Source: Lingula anatina (lineage: Eukaryota; Animalia; Brachiopoda). Taken from it: DNA of 64,000 bases. The stretch spans positions 11,904,001-11,968,000 of the forward strand of contig CM120642.1 in assembly GCA_051362555.1 (NCBI GenBank), given 5' to 3'. The position numbers were made by a program, and so were the translations under genes. A model generated the notes under the pieces. That model saw nothing but the letters and a program-made list of their open reading frames with translations, was not told where the DNA came from and made no database searches. Each line of letters opens with the position of its first letter. Position 1 is the first letter of the stretch. Shown piece after piece: positions 25,001 to 37,747 of this stretch.

Positions 25001-27265
25001 CAATTTAGTTAAAAGTGTACAATTCCGCCGCTTCAAAAATCTCCTTTTCATATATACTGGGTAAACATTAAATTTGACATTTTAGAAAAAAGTGACAATT
25101 GAAGCACACTGTATGCTCTAGAAGCATTGGAGTTGTAGTAGCTACTGACCGTATCTGAAGATTGTTAATATCGTATAAATCAAAGTGTCCAATTAAAATA
25201 CTTTTAAAACATATTTTCGTAAAAACTCTTTATGTGTATATATTTAAAACCCCATATCTGCATACAGTGTCTCGATTGGCAAAATAGTAAAAGCTTACAA
25301 TCGAAAGGTATTATCGCCAAAACAGAGCAATTATCCACTGCATAATTTCAATACCGTATAAAATGATCATTATTACGAGTGCGTGTCAAGTGTGTTCAGA
25401 ACCACACGAGGGGTCCTGGTTACACGACCTCAAGTGAAGAAACTAACCAACACTAATTCTTGTATCGTTATGCACGGTGAAATGGTAATAATTTACACCT
25501 TGATACATGCATGCATGCGGTCTTCTTGTATATATTTGTCACCGCGTTTTATTTCTCCACAAGTACTTGTACGTGTGCAAATCGAAAAGCAGTGTCCCAC
25601 ACTGAGATGCCGCTTATGATTAAGTGACTATACCAAGCCCCACAGATGTTAACTGATGTCCAGCTCCTCTGCTATCAGGGGGCATCTAATATAGTAGGCC
25701 TATACAAAATTAAAGCATAGGCGATACAATAAATTTATAACAGACTACTAGCATAGCAGACACTGTTGTCAGAGTGTACCCCCCATCCAAATCTTGGCAC
25801 ACCTATCGTCGTTCGTGGGTCATGTAGGTGTACATTACACGATGTAAAATGTACGTTCGTAACACACTCGGTAACTTTATCCGCTATCATATATCTATTT
25901 CCTTTTTTCGTGAAAATAAGCATCAATTTGTAATATAATACATGTATAAAGATGGTGTCCATAGAAGGCGGTATACTGCATTAATGGTTGTGGCATCATT
26001 TGACTGGATAATACTTTCTTTATAGCTTAGATTAAACATTCCATTACTGTGATGTTGATCAACGATGCGAAGTTTTGCCGTGTTTCGAGCGTCCCGTAAA
26101 CAGACCGTTGTGCCCAGACTTTTCACTTAATCTTAAAAATGGATTTTTATTTTTAAAAAAGAAAGGTACATATTAAAATCATAACGTGCTGCTTTTTTGT
26201 TCTTCACGCTTTGAAAAAAAAAAACGCACAAGAAATACGACTTTATTGAAGAGAGAAAAAATGGTAGCAGAAAGAAGTATTCCTCAACATTTATCTTTGG
26301 CATTATCGATAACGTGTTTACAATTGACCATTTATCACCATACCTTATAACTAGGGTTTAAGATCAAGATCTGAAAGCTGTAAGGGGGTAATTAACTATG
26401 GTGCGCGCTCGGCTGACTACAATTTAGCGTGAACCCCCAGGGAGTTACGTCGATCTAAACCTGAATCTCTGGATCGATCTAAATCTCTGGGAATACACCA
26501 TTAGTTAACAAAAAGCTAAACATTTGTCCCATAAACAACTACTTTCTTTCACTATACAGTCTGAGCACGTAAAACTGGTGAAAAAACCACGGATAACTTA
26601 TAATAAAACACAGACCCCATTCCCATAAACAACATCAGTCTACGTAGATCGGTCCAATTCTGCGGGGACTCTCACTGAGTGCTATTAGCTTAACTGAATG
26701 ACACGCCTTCTCTTGTTACCAACGTACTCGTATAATTACCAGTTTTTTTTTTTTTTTTGTATTCTACTCAATGCCAGGGGGAAGTGTGGTAATATCTACA
26801 TCTTACTGCATTCAGCGAGAGTCCGCGCAGAGCTGGATCGATGTACGTAGACCTATGGTGTCTATGGAAACGGGGTCGAAGTGAAACATGAGTAGAGAAG
26901 AATTCATTCAATTTACCATCCAACCTATATCTGTTGGCTTCACAGGTTTATACAGACACAGCATGCGGACGACGTAACTTTTGGCTTACGGTACGATAGA
27001 TCTCAATCAAAATAACATCTAGGACAAAATGACGCCATAGGTCTGCCGGAGGTCTCTCATCTTCTTTGTCATCTTACGGGATTAGAATCCACATTGATAT
27101 GGTGACTCGACACTACCGAATGAATTAAATCAAATCAAACTAAATTACATTAAATTCATATGTCGCTGCCCGTACCTTTTTGTTATCAGCGTCAAACCCA
27201 GGGTTGTCGTAGCCGTCTTTATTGCCCTCTTCTGTCACCAGTTTCGATGTTTTTTGAGGTGCCAT
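12113..27265 (-). CDS. SLC4 bicarbonate transporter, Na+-coupled (NBC/NDCBE, SLC4A7/8/10-like) scaffold
   Basis: Phase-consistent exons on -: 27265-27176, 21859-21820, 20797-20635, 20418-20258, 20036-19863, 19333-19092, 18721-18470, 18131-17985, 17591-17440, 17243-17069, 16886-16753, 16567-15997, 15626-15513, 15196-15038, 14723-14545, 14062-13990, 13850-13782, 13451-13275, 12909-12802, 12262-12113. Motifs: [52 protein letters not shown], four-Cys extracellular loop 3, [34 protein letters not shown]. The first two exons are less certain. Confidence 0.93.
12434..12756. mobile_element. Non-autonomous TIR element, Kolobok-like, in the last SLC4 intron
   Basis: TTAA-AGGGATAACAACT...AGTTGTTATCCCT-TTAA, with a perfect TTAA target-site duplication. 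Confidence 0.8.
15375..15512. repeat. 26-bp minisatellite, 5.3 copies, abutting an SLC4 exon
   Basis: Unit GATATTAC(T/A)GAGTGGAAACACAACTG starting at 15375, 15401, 15427, 15453, 15479 and 15505 (partial). Confidence 0.92.
22045..22089. repeat. (CT)n microsatellite
   Basis: Seen directly. Confidence 0.95.
23871..24085. mobile_element. Hairpin MITE (family A)
   Basis: Termini GACCCCATTCCCAGAGATT / ATCTACGGGAATGCGCCC. Interior motifs are shared with 52820-53063 and 26375-26500. Confidence 0.7.
26375..26500 (-). mobile_element. Partial MITE (family A), inverted relative to the 23871 copy
   Basis: Reverse complement of ~23875-23985 (TAACTCCCTGGGGGTTCACGCTAAAT...AGTTAATTACCCCCTTACAGCTT). Confidence 0.7.
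26613..26877. mobile_element. Hairpin MITE (family A)
   Basis: Long imperfect arms GACCCCATTCCCATAAACA...GTCTACGTAGATCGGTCCA / TGGATCGATGTACGTAGAC...TGTCTATGGAAACGGGGTC. Confidence 0.75.
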
Positions 27266-28009
27266 GGTGCTTCAAAAGCAAAAGAGAAATGAAAATTAAC
27301 ATATAAAAATTACTCTACACAAAAAATGTATTTCATACATCATTTCTCCCGTGTTATATATATAATGACCAACGTCATTTTTTGCAATAGTTGTCCGAAT
27401 TGTTAATATATGACACGCACATTTGTAACGGTGGAATAGGCTCATAATTCCCAATTTATATCTGATTTGTAGAGGTGTGAGAGTGAATTACTTTTTATAA
27501 GTTAGGTTTTTGTTGTTATCTTAAATCGAACGTAATTGATTGGGGTCTTATTACTGTAGCTGGACTAATCAGTCAAGTCTAATAGACAGGGCGTGAGCAA
27601 TCTCTAGTTTGTTCTAGGGTCATTTGAAATTACAATTACACTGTATCTAAGATCTAATATACCATTATTAGATCTTAGACTGTATTAAACAGTAAATTCA
27701 ACAAAGACTTGCTCGATTTACATGTATGGAAAAAGATAGTGGTTCGCCACAATGTTAAACATAAACGCAGTTACAAAGCGAACTGTGTGATTTCATCCCT
27801 ATGAACGTAACAATTTGTCAACCTTGATAGAGTTTCGTCATCTCGGGGATTTTTTTTGGAAACGATAGATATCATTTTCTTTCATTGTATTGTGAAGTTC
27901 TTTTTTATTCGCTTCACCTAACAGCCTACCCGTTCTTCTTATATTCAAAGGGGCATTCCATCACATAGGCTGTACTGGGGAAAACATCCGTCAATACCAT
28001 CTTCATATA

Positions 28010-28041
28010 CTACTATTACTACTACTACTACTACTACTATT
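28010..28041. repeat. (ACT)n microsatellite
   Basis: Seen directly. Confidence 0.9.
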
Positions 28042-28123
28042 ACCGTATAAAATAGCTAATATGGTAAGTTTTTGTTCCACTAATATGCGTTGTTTCCTCT
28101 TAAGAAATATGAATTGAAATCAT

Positions 28124-28125
<2 letters not shown>

Positions 28126-28162
<37 letters not shown>
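28126..28162. repeat. (GT)n microsatellite
   Basis: Seen directly. Confidence 0.95.
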
Positions 28163-28167
<5 letters not shown>

Positions 28168-30561
28168 GAAGAGAGCAAACAAACAGCGAGTTCTTCTCAG
28201 CCTGTCAAAGGAAGCCTGGAATTTCACCAAGTTAGAAACCCAATGAATTTCTTTTACATATTTGTGCATCTTACTAGTTTGTTACACCACTGGGATACGA
28301 AATGTTGAAGAAGCTTACATGTTTTGTGACCCTTACAGCCTATTTTGTCCCGTGCGTTACATGAGCGTCACGGTTAACGATTCGACTTGTCAAGTTGTGC
28401 GTTATGTTTACGGCATAAAGGGGCGAGTCAGCGGGATTGGCCAACATTTTTATATTAAGGAACTCTCACACATAGCGTACAGCGCTAACAGAAACATTTG
28501 AGAAAAATTGCCCACACGCAGACAAACGTTAGACTTACGTCGTATACGTCTCAGGTATAGAGAAAGTTGTGGTATATGTTCCCATACCCAGAGGGAAATA
28601 AAATATTTTGAGCATGTTCAAAAACATTATGTTTCATACGCTGCTTGTATTTTTATTTAAAAACGCTGGAAACAGGGTGATTCCATACGCTTAAAGCTGT
28701 GATAGATGTCACATAAACGATACACATACGATATACAGAAATGCCATTTCATTTTATGTACGTACTTGTTCAAATCAAAATAACTAAAAACGAATAATTA
28801 TAATAATGAAGGCACTTGCTTTTGTTGTCAGTGTGCTGGAACCAAAAAGGATAGTGACCCCACATATTTTGCGGGCTAGCAGTTCAAATGTTTAAGAATA
28901 ATTCAGCGAAAAAAAACGTGAATGAAAGATCATCGGTGTGAACGAGGACCTAGTCCACAGCTGGAATTAGACGTCGATCAAAATAAATAATATAATATAT
29001 AAATAAATAGTTTCACTGAAGACCGTATGCTACAGGGTAATTCTAGCCACTTTAAGCGAAACTTACTTTTCTTTATCTTGAACAGAAGGATCTCTAAATG
29101 CCATCAATATACGATTTTGTCTACTTTGCCCCCGAGAAGGGTGGTTTCACCTATTGTTTAAAAAGACTAAAAAAACCCTCAACAGCTTAGTTTCCTACAA
29201 ATTACACAATACACATTTTGTAAGCAGCTTTAGCTTTTAAAACATCAAATAAAATACTACACATGCGCCCACTAATGGCGAGGTGCCAATAATAATGCTA
29301 AATATTGCCGATAATGCGTTGACACTTGCCCAAAATTGCTTGTGCCGCAAGGAACACCAACCAATTGACGAGAATCCTTTCGGATCCGAGGAAGAGGAAC
29401 TCGTGGTGAAGATTTAACTTTAACTCAATCTCAGATGCGTCGTCCAATCGCTACTGATGACAAGGATGATCCAGCAGTGAATGTTTACACTACTTTTCCG
29501 ACACTGGCTTCCATACCTGTATCAGTAGTACATTCATTTCAGTCTTCAATCAATCACAATGACAGAATAAAACGGAGGGCCGCTCCGCTATAAAAAAAGG
29601 ACTTATATAGGGACGTATAGATAGAATTCACCTAACAATGCGACCTGGCACAGGGCCAAAATCTGCCGTGCCTGGACGGACCTGCTGACTCATACCATGG
29701 AGAAAAGTTTTCCATTAACAAAATGCATCAGTCCAGTTTCTGAACAAAACTGTCCTAATTTTTACGTGAGGAAGAAGATAAGAGCGTGTGATTTAGAACT
29801 GCCTGCCATAACACGTGGACATTCTTCTTGGCCAATGCTTCCAAGGCCAATTTTTCTTTTCGACTGTGACCAGTGACAATTTTCCCTCATACAATAGGTG
29901 CCCACATTTACTGCAGTTCCTTATTTGTATGGAGCCAAGGAATCTCACGCTCCACGTCTTATATTAAAGGATGAGAGTTTTGGTCCTTCAGAATAAGTAA
30001 TAAAGACAAGGATGGACAGATTATATATATAAAATATATAAAGATTATATAGCTCTCAACCCTTTTCCTCTGCTGAATATTGTTATAGCTATATGCGATT
30101 ATTGGATAATAAATGTTTCCTGTTGACAATTTACACATTTTTATTATTCAGGTCTTGGAAACAGACTGCCAAATGAAATAGCGTATTATAGATAAACAGA
30201 AAAAAGTTGATGCCTCTAATCTATAAAATACCACAATTTTTATTTTGAAAAGGAAAATGAAATTATCAAAAATAAATAAATAAATAAGTAAACAAATAAA
30301 ATTAAATGTATGATTATCACTCTAAGCGACCATTTTACCGACAGCTCAGTTTAGGTATTAGGGTTTGTCTTAGTTTAATATTCTCTTTGTGAACAGCAAA
30401 AATTTATCTAAATTATGTCACACTTCAAAAAAGTATTGCCTCAATTTTCATCAATATAAGCAAAAAAAAAAAAAAAGAAGTGATACAATAAATCCATTTC
30501 TAATATCCGTCTCGCAACTGCACCTACTTTTTTATTGCGCCCGTGCGTTCTTATTACGCAA

Positions 30562-31470
30562 TGACCCGTGGTCACTCACTGGTCACTCAGCGATCACTCA
30601 GTGGTCAGTTTAGACAACCACTAGTCAGTAGAAAGCAGTTCTCCTCGCTTGCACACCTGGATGGCGAATAAAGTCACGACACATTCACGTTCTTTTTATA
30701 CTGATCCAGGGCTGGGCAATTGACTTAAGTATGAAACGCGAATTTTACAAACCGCGGTCCTATTAATAGTAGTTAATAAAGCCAAAATTTCTTGTGGAAT
30801 TGTTTTGTTTGTAATAATGCGAGAATAATTGCAGATAGGTATCTTCCATAGACTGAGATTATCATCTAATCCCTCCGGGTGTCTTCATACGTAATTTTCA
30901 TTTGCAAATATGGTGACTGTAAGATCATCAATCCGAGCATTAGACCGTTTTCCAAAAGCTTAAATTGGTTAATGTGTCTACACTAGTCTAGAATCCCTTA
31001 GCCCGCACAAATTAAACCAATAATACCACCAAATAACATGTTGACATAGTATCACCCGTCAATTATCTCATTTTTCTTAAGTATGATAAAACAAACAAAC
31101 AAATAAAAAACAAAAGTAAGATAAAATACTATATTGCTTGTGTCCGTTTTTCATTTCTCTTACTTTTTGTTTTCTCCCTTGCGTTCTATCCAGGCGGTGA
31201 CCCGTGGCACGTGGTCACTTTGGACGACCAGAAGCCAGTTAGGACAGGTTTCCTCGCGTGCGCGTCTGACTGCTGAGAGAAGTCACGAGACAAATAAGTT
31301 CATTTTATAGGATAGTCATACTGGTCCCCAACTAGTGAAGCATTTTACAAAGATTTTATAATCTGTGTCGTAAACAAGTCATGATAATGGTGAAATTCCT
31401 TAGCAGAATAGCGGTGATAAAATGAAAGAAGAATGGCAGATGAGTCAACTGTACGGGCTGAGATCAGCAT
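30562..31470 (+). repeat. Diverged tandem duplication (~30562-30870 and ~31198-31470)
   Basis: Colinear shared blocks TGACCCGTGG, GTGGTCA, TCCTCGC, AAGTCACGA, TTTTATA, ATTTTACAAA, CTGAGAT. Confidence 0.6.
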
Positions 31471-34202
31471 CTGTGTCAAATGGATGGAAGCTTGTTTAAT
31501 ACTAGGCCTATTGCCTGAATGCCTCGACCACTCCCACCTTTTCGTTTTGTTCGAAAACAGTTTTACGCTATATAGTGATGAAAATTTAAAGAAATTCCCA
31601 TGGCGCTCAACCTCTTTACGTTTCTCGCAGCTATACCTTAAAGAATTACGGTATTAATATATTACTATACTGAACTCAATATTATTGCAATAGATTTTTC
31701 CCGATTGGTGTGTAGATAAGTAGGCGCAACAGTTAAAATGTGACGAAATGGCCAAGTGACCATCGGGCAGTTATAATATCGGTCTGAAGCCTGCTGCTGT
31801 AACAATTATTTTCAGTGATATATGTTAATGGAAAGTATTGGCTCACTCCTTAATCTCCCCCCCCCCCCACCTCCCGTCCTCGTCCCCATCCAGTCCAGAG
31901 AAAATTTACTCTCCTTATAAAAGTTTATCTCCTTATATCAGTTGTTTAAAAAAATAACAATTGTAACGACATACCAAATATATGTCGTTAAGTTCGCAAT
32001 CCTGCCTGTTATATAAATCGTTTTCTTTTTTTTTTTCAAATCTGAATCCAAATCTTTGATGTCTTGCAAAGATTTCGTGCTGACTTACCAAAAAGCACAC
32101 CTGCTAGACGTGAAGAAGGGCCTAGTCGGCACAGCTTTTACATTATTGATACATGGGTGATGCGTAAAAAGTAATGAAAAAGAAGTGTTGCATTTTAAGT
32201 TAACCCATGTAAATGTGTCTGAAGTACGTATGTAAATGAGATATCATTGGGTCGTAACAGGTAAACATCCTGTGACAATTTTAGCTATTTCGGCTACCTC
32301 GGATTTACCAAGACACGTGTAGAGATTAGTTGATGGCCATTTGCGTTTAACATAGCACGACCTTAAGTCCCCGTAAGAATAGATGACATAAAAAGTTATA
32401 AAATCCGAATTTAAAGAAAAAAAATCTCATCTTCTTTCCATTCTATTCTAACATTAGTACGAGGAGATTTCAATACAGTGTTCCGCGTGGGATTCTTGTG
32501 GAATCCCAACTATCGTGTTATCCGGTGAATTATATGAACGTTGCTCATCTGGGTATATTGCAATCAAGCTTCGGCCTGAAGTTATGTAAAAGAGGGTTAA
32601 TTGTAACGCCCCTTCTCATCGAAATCTGCAGTGGGAACGCTGCATGGAGAGTGCTTTTCGCTGTAGAGCTCGACGCTCACAGAAAAGATTTCTGACAGAT
32701 TTATTTTGACAGCGATCAAGATGTTAAAATGTCAAACTCATGCATTTATATAAGAAAGCCATTTCTCCATATATTTGCATTAGTTGAGCATATCATATTT
32801 CCCGACTAGCGGCGACGTTGGTGAAAGGTAAAAAAAGTCTCTTGTTAAGGGTCGTTGTGCATATTTATAACCAAAGAGCAGTAGCCATGACGACAGCAAA
32901 AGTGACGAATGGATTTTAAATGGGTATTGAGTTCAGGCAATGTTGTCAGATTCGGGTGACATTTCTTATAAAACTTATGCAAACATTCTTCCAATACACC
33001 TGTGTAGGATTACGCATAGACCTTTTTTTATAAGATACTCTTTTTGATGTCAATTTTCAGCCAATTTTATTTATTGATACATTTTATAGACATCTACTTT
33101 AAAGCGATGAGGAAATACCCTAGGTTCTAGATTCCGGTATTGCCAGCTCGATCTTGATTTTATATATGACCCATAAAGCGACTCCACCACAAGGTATATT
33201 TAGCAAGCTAGCTTTTACGTTGCTCTGACACTCAGGGTATGAGGAAAAGACTGTATAAATAATTTGGCTGTGAACCTTTGAGGCCAATAGCGCGTACTGA
33301 CCGGTTACGGTCATTATCCGCCCTGACGTCCTTTCTATATAAAGAGGACATGGCAATTCGCTCCGCGAAATTAGGTTTATTTCGAGGTACAAATTAAGTT
33401 GTAGCTCCTTCTTTCTCTCCTGTTCCCTAGTGATTAAGATTCTATGGTTTGTATGAAGTGATATTAAACTTAGCAATATATGTCTTTGTTGTAAACTTAG
33501 AGGACATGGCAAGGTTATGAAAATGCTCATGTAGGGAAATATGAAGACAAACCGAGTGGACAGATTATTTAGGCATTTTAGCGTTATCTTAATTTCATTA
33601 TAAAATTTGTTCTTTTCAATAGTGGAGCCGTAGGCCTTTGCACTTCATTCATAGAAAGAAACGTTGAACCTCTTCACGAAAGATCTGATCCCATCAATTG
33701 TCTTTTTTATGTGTGTTGTTTATGCCCAAACACAACAGGTATCATTAGCATAAACGTCTTATGTTTTTTAAGTTGGTTTCGTGATTCCCCTGAGTGTCAC
33801 CGTTGTCGCAGTTATTTGGTTTGATTTTCATATATTCACCAAAGGGGTCCACAGGAAAAAATATGCTGATTGATTAAACTCCATGTCATTTTTTTTTTTT
33901 GCTGCTTTACTTCCGAAGGTATAATTTCATAGAATGCGCTGATGTATCCAGGTTATACAGTTGGGCATATTTTTTTTTCTGAAAATCATATCCAACCATG
34001 GTCTTTTAGTCCCGTACAAAATGTGCTTGGCTATAACAGATCATTTATACACTAGGAATGAAAATGTCCTACGTTTGTCACGGCTCATTTTTCGCAAAAA
34101 TTACAAAATCATAAAATCATGCTTAACAAAAATAAAGTAAAAAATGCTTTGTTCTAGCATATTGACCAGGTTTAGGTGTCGCATCGTGTGATCAGAGGTC
34201 AC

Positions 34203-34232
34203 TGACGTCAGGGATTATAAAAGTGGGCGTGG
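34203..34232 (+). promoter_or_regulatory. Candidate CRE + TATA + GC-box cluster
   Basis: TGACGTCA (34203-34210), TATAAAA (34216-34222) and GGGCGTGG within 30 bp. Motif match only. Confidence 0.3.
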
Positions 34233-35281
34233 TCGAGAAAAATTTCCCGTAACATTTGATAGTAATGAAGATTAACGTGTTTTGAAAGAGACCTATATAT
34301 TAATCAAACCAGATAATGCAGTTCCCCCGTGTAAATAAGTCCCTCGTGTCCAGATAATTTGTTTTTACCTTGTTCCACGATGTTGCTCTCTTTAATGTCA
34401 AAGAAAAAACACGGGCAATATTACACATCAGGTACATGTACGCTTCCGTTAAAAACACGGGTGTTAGGTATCGTAAGCCTTGCCCCCTGTCAAGTTGGAT
34501 GGTTGTCATGCACGACCGGTCCCCCTATCAAGGCATTATGTGTCAACAATTAAGCCGTGCTTGAGCGAGTCCCAGTGTGTATCTTTTTATATTCCGCAGG
34601 GACTCTATCGACCTGTAACATTAAGGGCAGGGGTTTGCTCCCTACAAGCTCTGCCGACTTGCATAACAGGAAAATAGTGAGAACAAAGAGTCAAGATTGT
34701 TCCCTTCACGTTTTTATCTCTCTCTGTTAAATTACAGTATATGTATGGCGATTTGTACTGTACAGATTTCATTCCGTCCTAGCGGCTGACAACTTGTTAA
34801 CTGTGTAAATTAAATTGTCAATTCAAATATTAATAAAAAGCATTATACTGTATCCCAGAGATTTATGTAAATGCTAGTTATACGGATGTTTAAAAAGTTT
34901 TTGTTCAAATATAGTGCTCAGAGAGAGTTAAGAATTTTCATAATATTGATAATAAATTATTGAGCACTTAATGATATATACATGCACCATACATTTGTCG
35001 TTCCCTATACTACGGTTAATATTATTATATGTACAAGTAAAAAGACATGATCTGGTACCAGCTTCTACAGGTTGAGATGGTTGATTTTTGTACATTTTAT
35101 TGAATGCACATGTTCTTCTTCTTATTATTATTATTAGAAATGAATAGTATAAAAACATAAAAGATAGAGATGACACTATATGTACATGTAGAACTTCTTG
35201 AATGCATGAGTTTGACGGCTGGTGCGTCATTTTGATTTTATTGTCTGTAATTTATATCTACTGTAGATGAATTAATTATTC

Positions 35282-35283
<2 letters not shown>

Positions 35284-35326
<43 letters not shown>
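35284..35326. repeat. (GT)n microsatellite
   Basis: Seen directly. Confidence 0.95.
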
Positions 35327-35328
<2 letters not shown>

Positions 35329-37557
35329 TTCTCATCAAAGATGAATTGATGATTAATTGGACATCATATTTACAATGACTAGATGATCTGCTAAGAAGTA
35401 CATTTTATTAAAGTATTTGAATTTCATGCTCAGGCAAAGGCACTGAATATGCCCAGAGAATTTTAGGGAAACAGCTGGCAAGTTTTTATTCAAGTCAAAA
35501 ATCCTTTCTGGCAGTTCATTCGTAAATTTTACCCTTGAAGTTTACTAATGATAAATTGTATATATACAATGAGGACGAGAAAAAAACTTGCCAACATTTG
35601 TTTTCTCAATATATTTGCAACTTAATTTGCGATATTTTGGGCACGCATTTCTGTAAAGATAACCATAATTTACCAGGACATCAGTAAATTTATAGGAAAA
35701 TGCTGATACAAAAAGACAACAGTAGCGAGGAACACTTGTGTTCAATAAACCTTCAAGTAATTTTGTACCGAGGGAACCGAGAAAAATTTTTTAAAAAATT
35801 CCTTCGAGTTCTGAAAAATACTTACAACTGGACCTTGACAATAAACCGTTCTGTGCAACCTGACACGTTTCCACTAAACTGAATTTAATGAGCGCTATCC
35901 ATCTTCAATAACTACTTACAAATCAGAACAGTGCGTCAACATATGAATATTGGACTTGGTACAAATGTAATGCATGTCTCAGTGCTCCTTTATTTAGTAA
36001 ATTACTTTACGTGCAAATCACTTTATTTCAATTTGCTGAAGATGTCCATGTATTTGTTTACGGCTGTCAGTGCACTATTTATCATTCATGGACATCAGTA
36101 AATATCATAATCGGGGTCAAAGGATGTAAAGGATGTGCACTTTTAAGAAAAAGAAAAATATACCCACACATACTAACGAATGGTCAGACAAAGGCTACAA
36201 AATACATTCGTTTTTCTTTTAAGAAAAAAAATTCCATAAATTTTCTACCAGCACGTTTGATAATTATACTACTACGCTGATTCACTAAAATAAGGTCGTA
36301 TTGTACACACTGAACCCATTTTAACGTTAATAGTACTCTCAGGTCAGGGTGCTTATATTTGGGAAGAATGTAGTGGTTTCTCACTAGGGTCTTGTGGTTG
36401 AATAGAGTAGTATAATGGAAGGTAAACCAACACTTGCACCCTGTCAAGCGTTAAAGTAACGTCGCTTATATGTGAAAGAATCCACCCCAAGGCAGCTGGA
36501 GTCTTTTTTCCTTCACTGATTTAAAGACCACAGTGCAGCATACAAAAACTGGATGCGTTATGTCAAGGGGTATTATGTTGTCCGACATGGTATACACGAA
36601 GCCGTCCCTCTTTCACAAACGGTCATTAATTTGGTTAAGGAGTTTGAACTGTCCGGCTGTCTGCTTTCCTACCCACGGGGCAGAGCCTGGGTTCATAAGG
36701 AAAGAGCTACGCATGTGCAGCCCGAAAACTGGTCTAAACCTTTACATAAAAAAATTTAGGCTATTTTGACCAAATATAATTCAGCAGTAGTCCAGTTAAA
36801 AGAGATACTGTACCTATTAATTTATATATATAAAAAACATTCCTCATGATTTAGGCCAACGCTTATTTTATTTAAATAAACAACAATATGGATTTATTTA
36901 AATATTTTTTGGTCTAAAATTTAAGACTCATTTTCAGGCTATAGCTTTTTTGCAAAACCTACCCTATCTATTTCTTTCAGTCTATCCGAACGTACAAATC
37001 AATTGTATTCGATGTCAATGTGCCACAGCTCTAGCCAAAGCACAATGATTGCATTAGGTATGAAGATGTTGGTTGTGTTTTGTGTGATACATTTTTTCGG
37101 GCGTAAATGCGATAGTTGTGACAAGTTCTTGGCAACATTATAGTGTACCTCACAACCGACAAAATACAGCCAATGTCTATAACCAAATCAGTTATGATTG
37201 GTCAAAAGTTTGCAGAGCTCATACAAAGGGGGCTAAAATGGCCAATCATAATGCCACCTTGTAAAGTATTATACGAAACAGACTGATATCAACTCATAGA
37301 TCAAACAAAGGGGTTTCGATCACACTTCATATGACATTTTACGTGAGAGGTTTGCAAAGAATAAAGATATAAAATCTTCGCTTTCTTTTTAACTATTTTT
37401 GTATGCAGAAAGCTATTGCATTTCAGTGCCGCCTTTTGTGTATTCGTTATAGCCTCCCTTTTTATTCAGAACTGGCTGTCAAAGTATAGGCGTCTACTAA
37501 TGTGCAGTAGCTGTCTCTTACGGTAGATTGTTTGAAAGAGACACAGTTTTAGGAATA

Positions 37558-37559
<2 letters not shown>

Positions 37560-37603
<44 letters not shown>
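37560..37603. repeat. (TA)n microsatellite
   Basis: Seen directly. Confidence 0.95.
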
Positions 37604-37604
<1 letters not shown>

Positions 37605-37606
<2 letters not shown>

Positions 37607-37747
37607 GGGGCGGATCCAGAGATATTTTCTGACAGTCTTCCAAATTATCTTTGTTGATCCATCCTCCATTTTGACCGTCTTCCGACAGAAAAAATTAAAT
37701 ACCCGTGAGTGTAAACTTGAAAATCTGACCGTCTGAATCCGCCCGTG
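37605..37747. mobile_element. Short TIR element (hAT-like MITE) next to a (TA)n tract
   Basis: TIRs CAGGGGCGGATCCAGA / TCTGAATCCGCCCGTG. Confidence 0.6.

Noticed and set aside
33120-33530. 136-aa ORF on -
   Set aside because: No domain signature or splice support; probably chance or repeat-derived.
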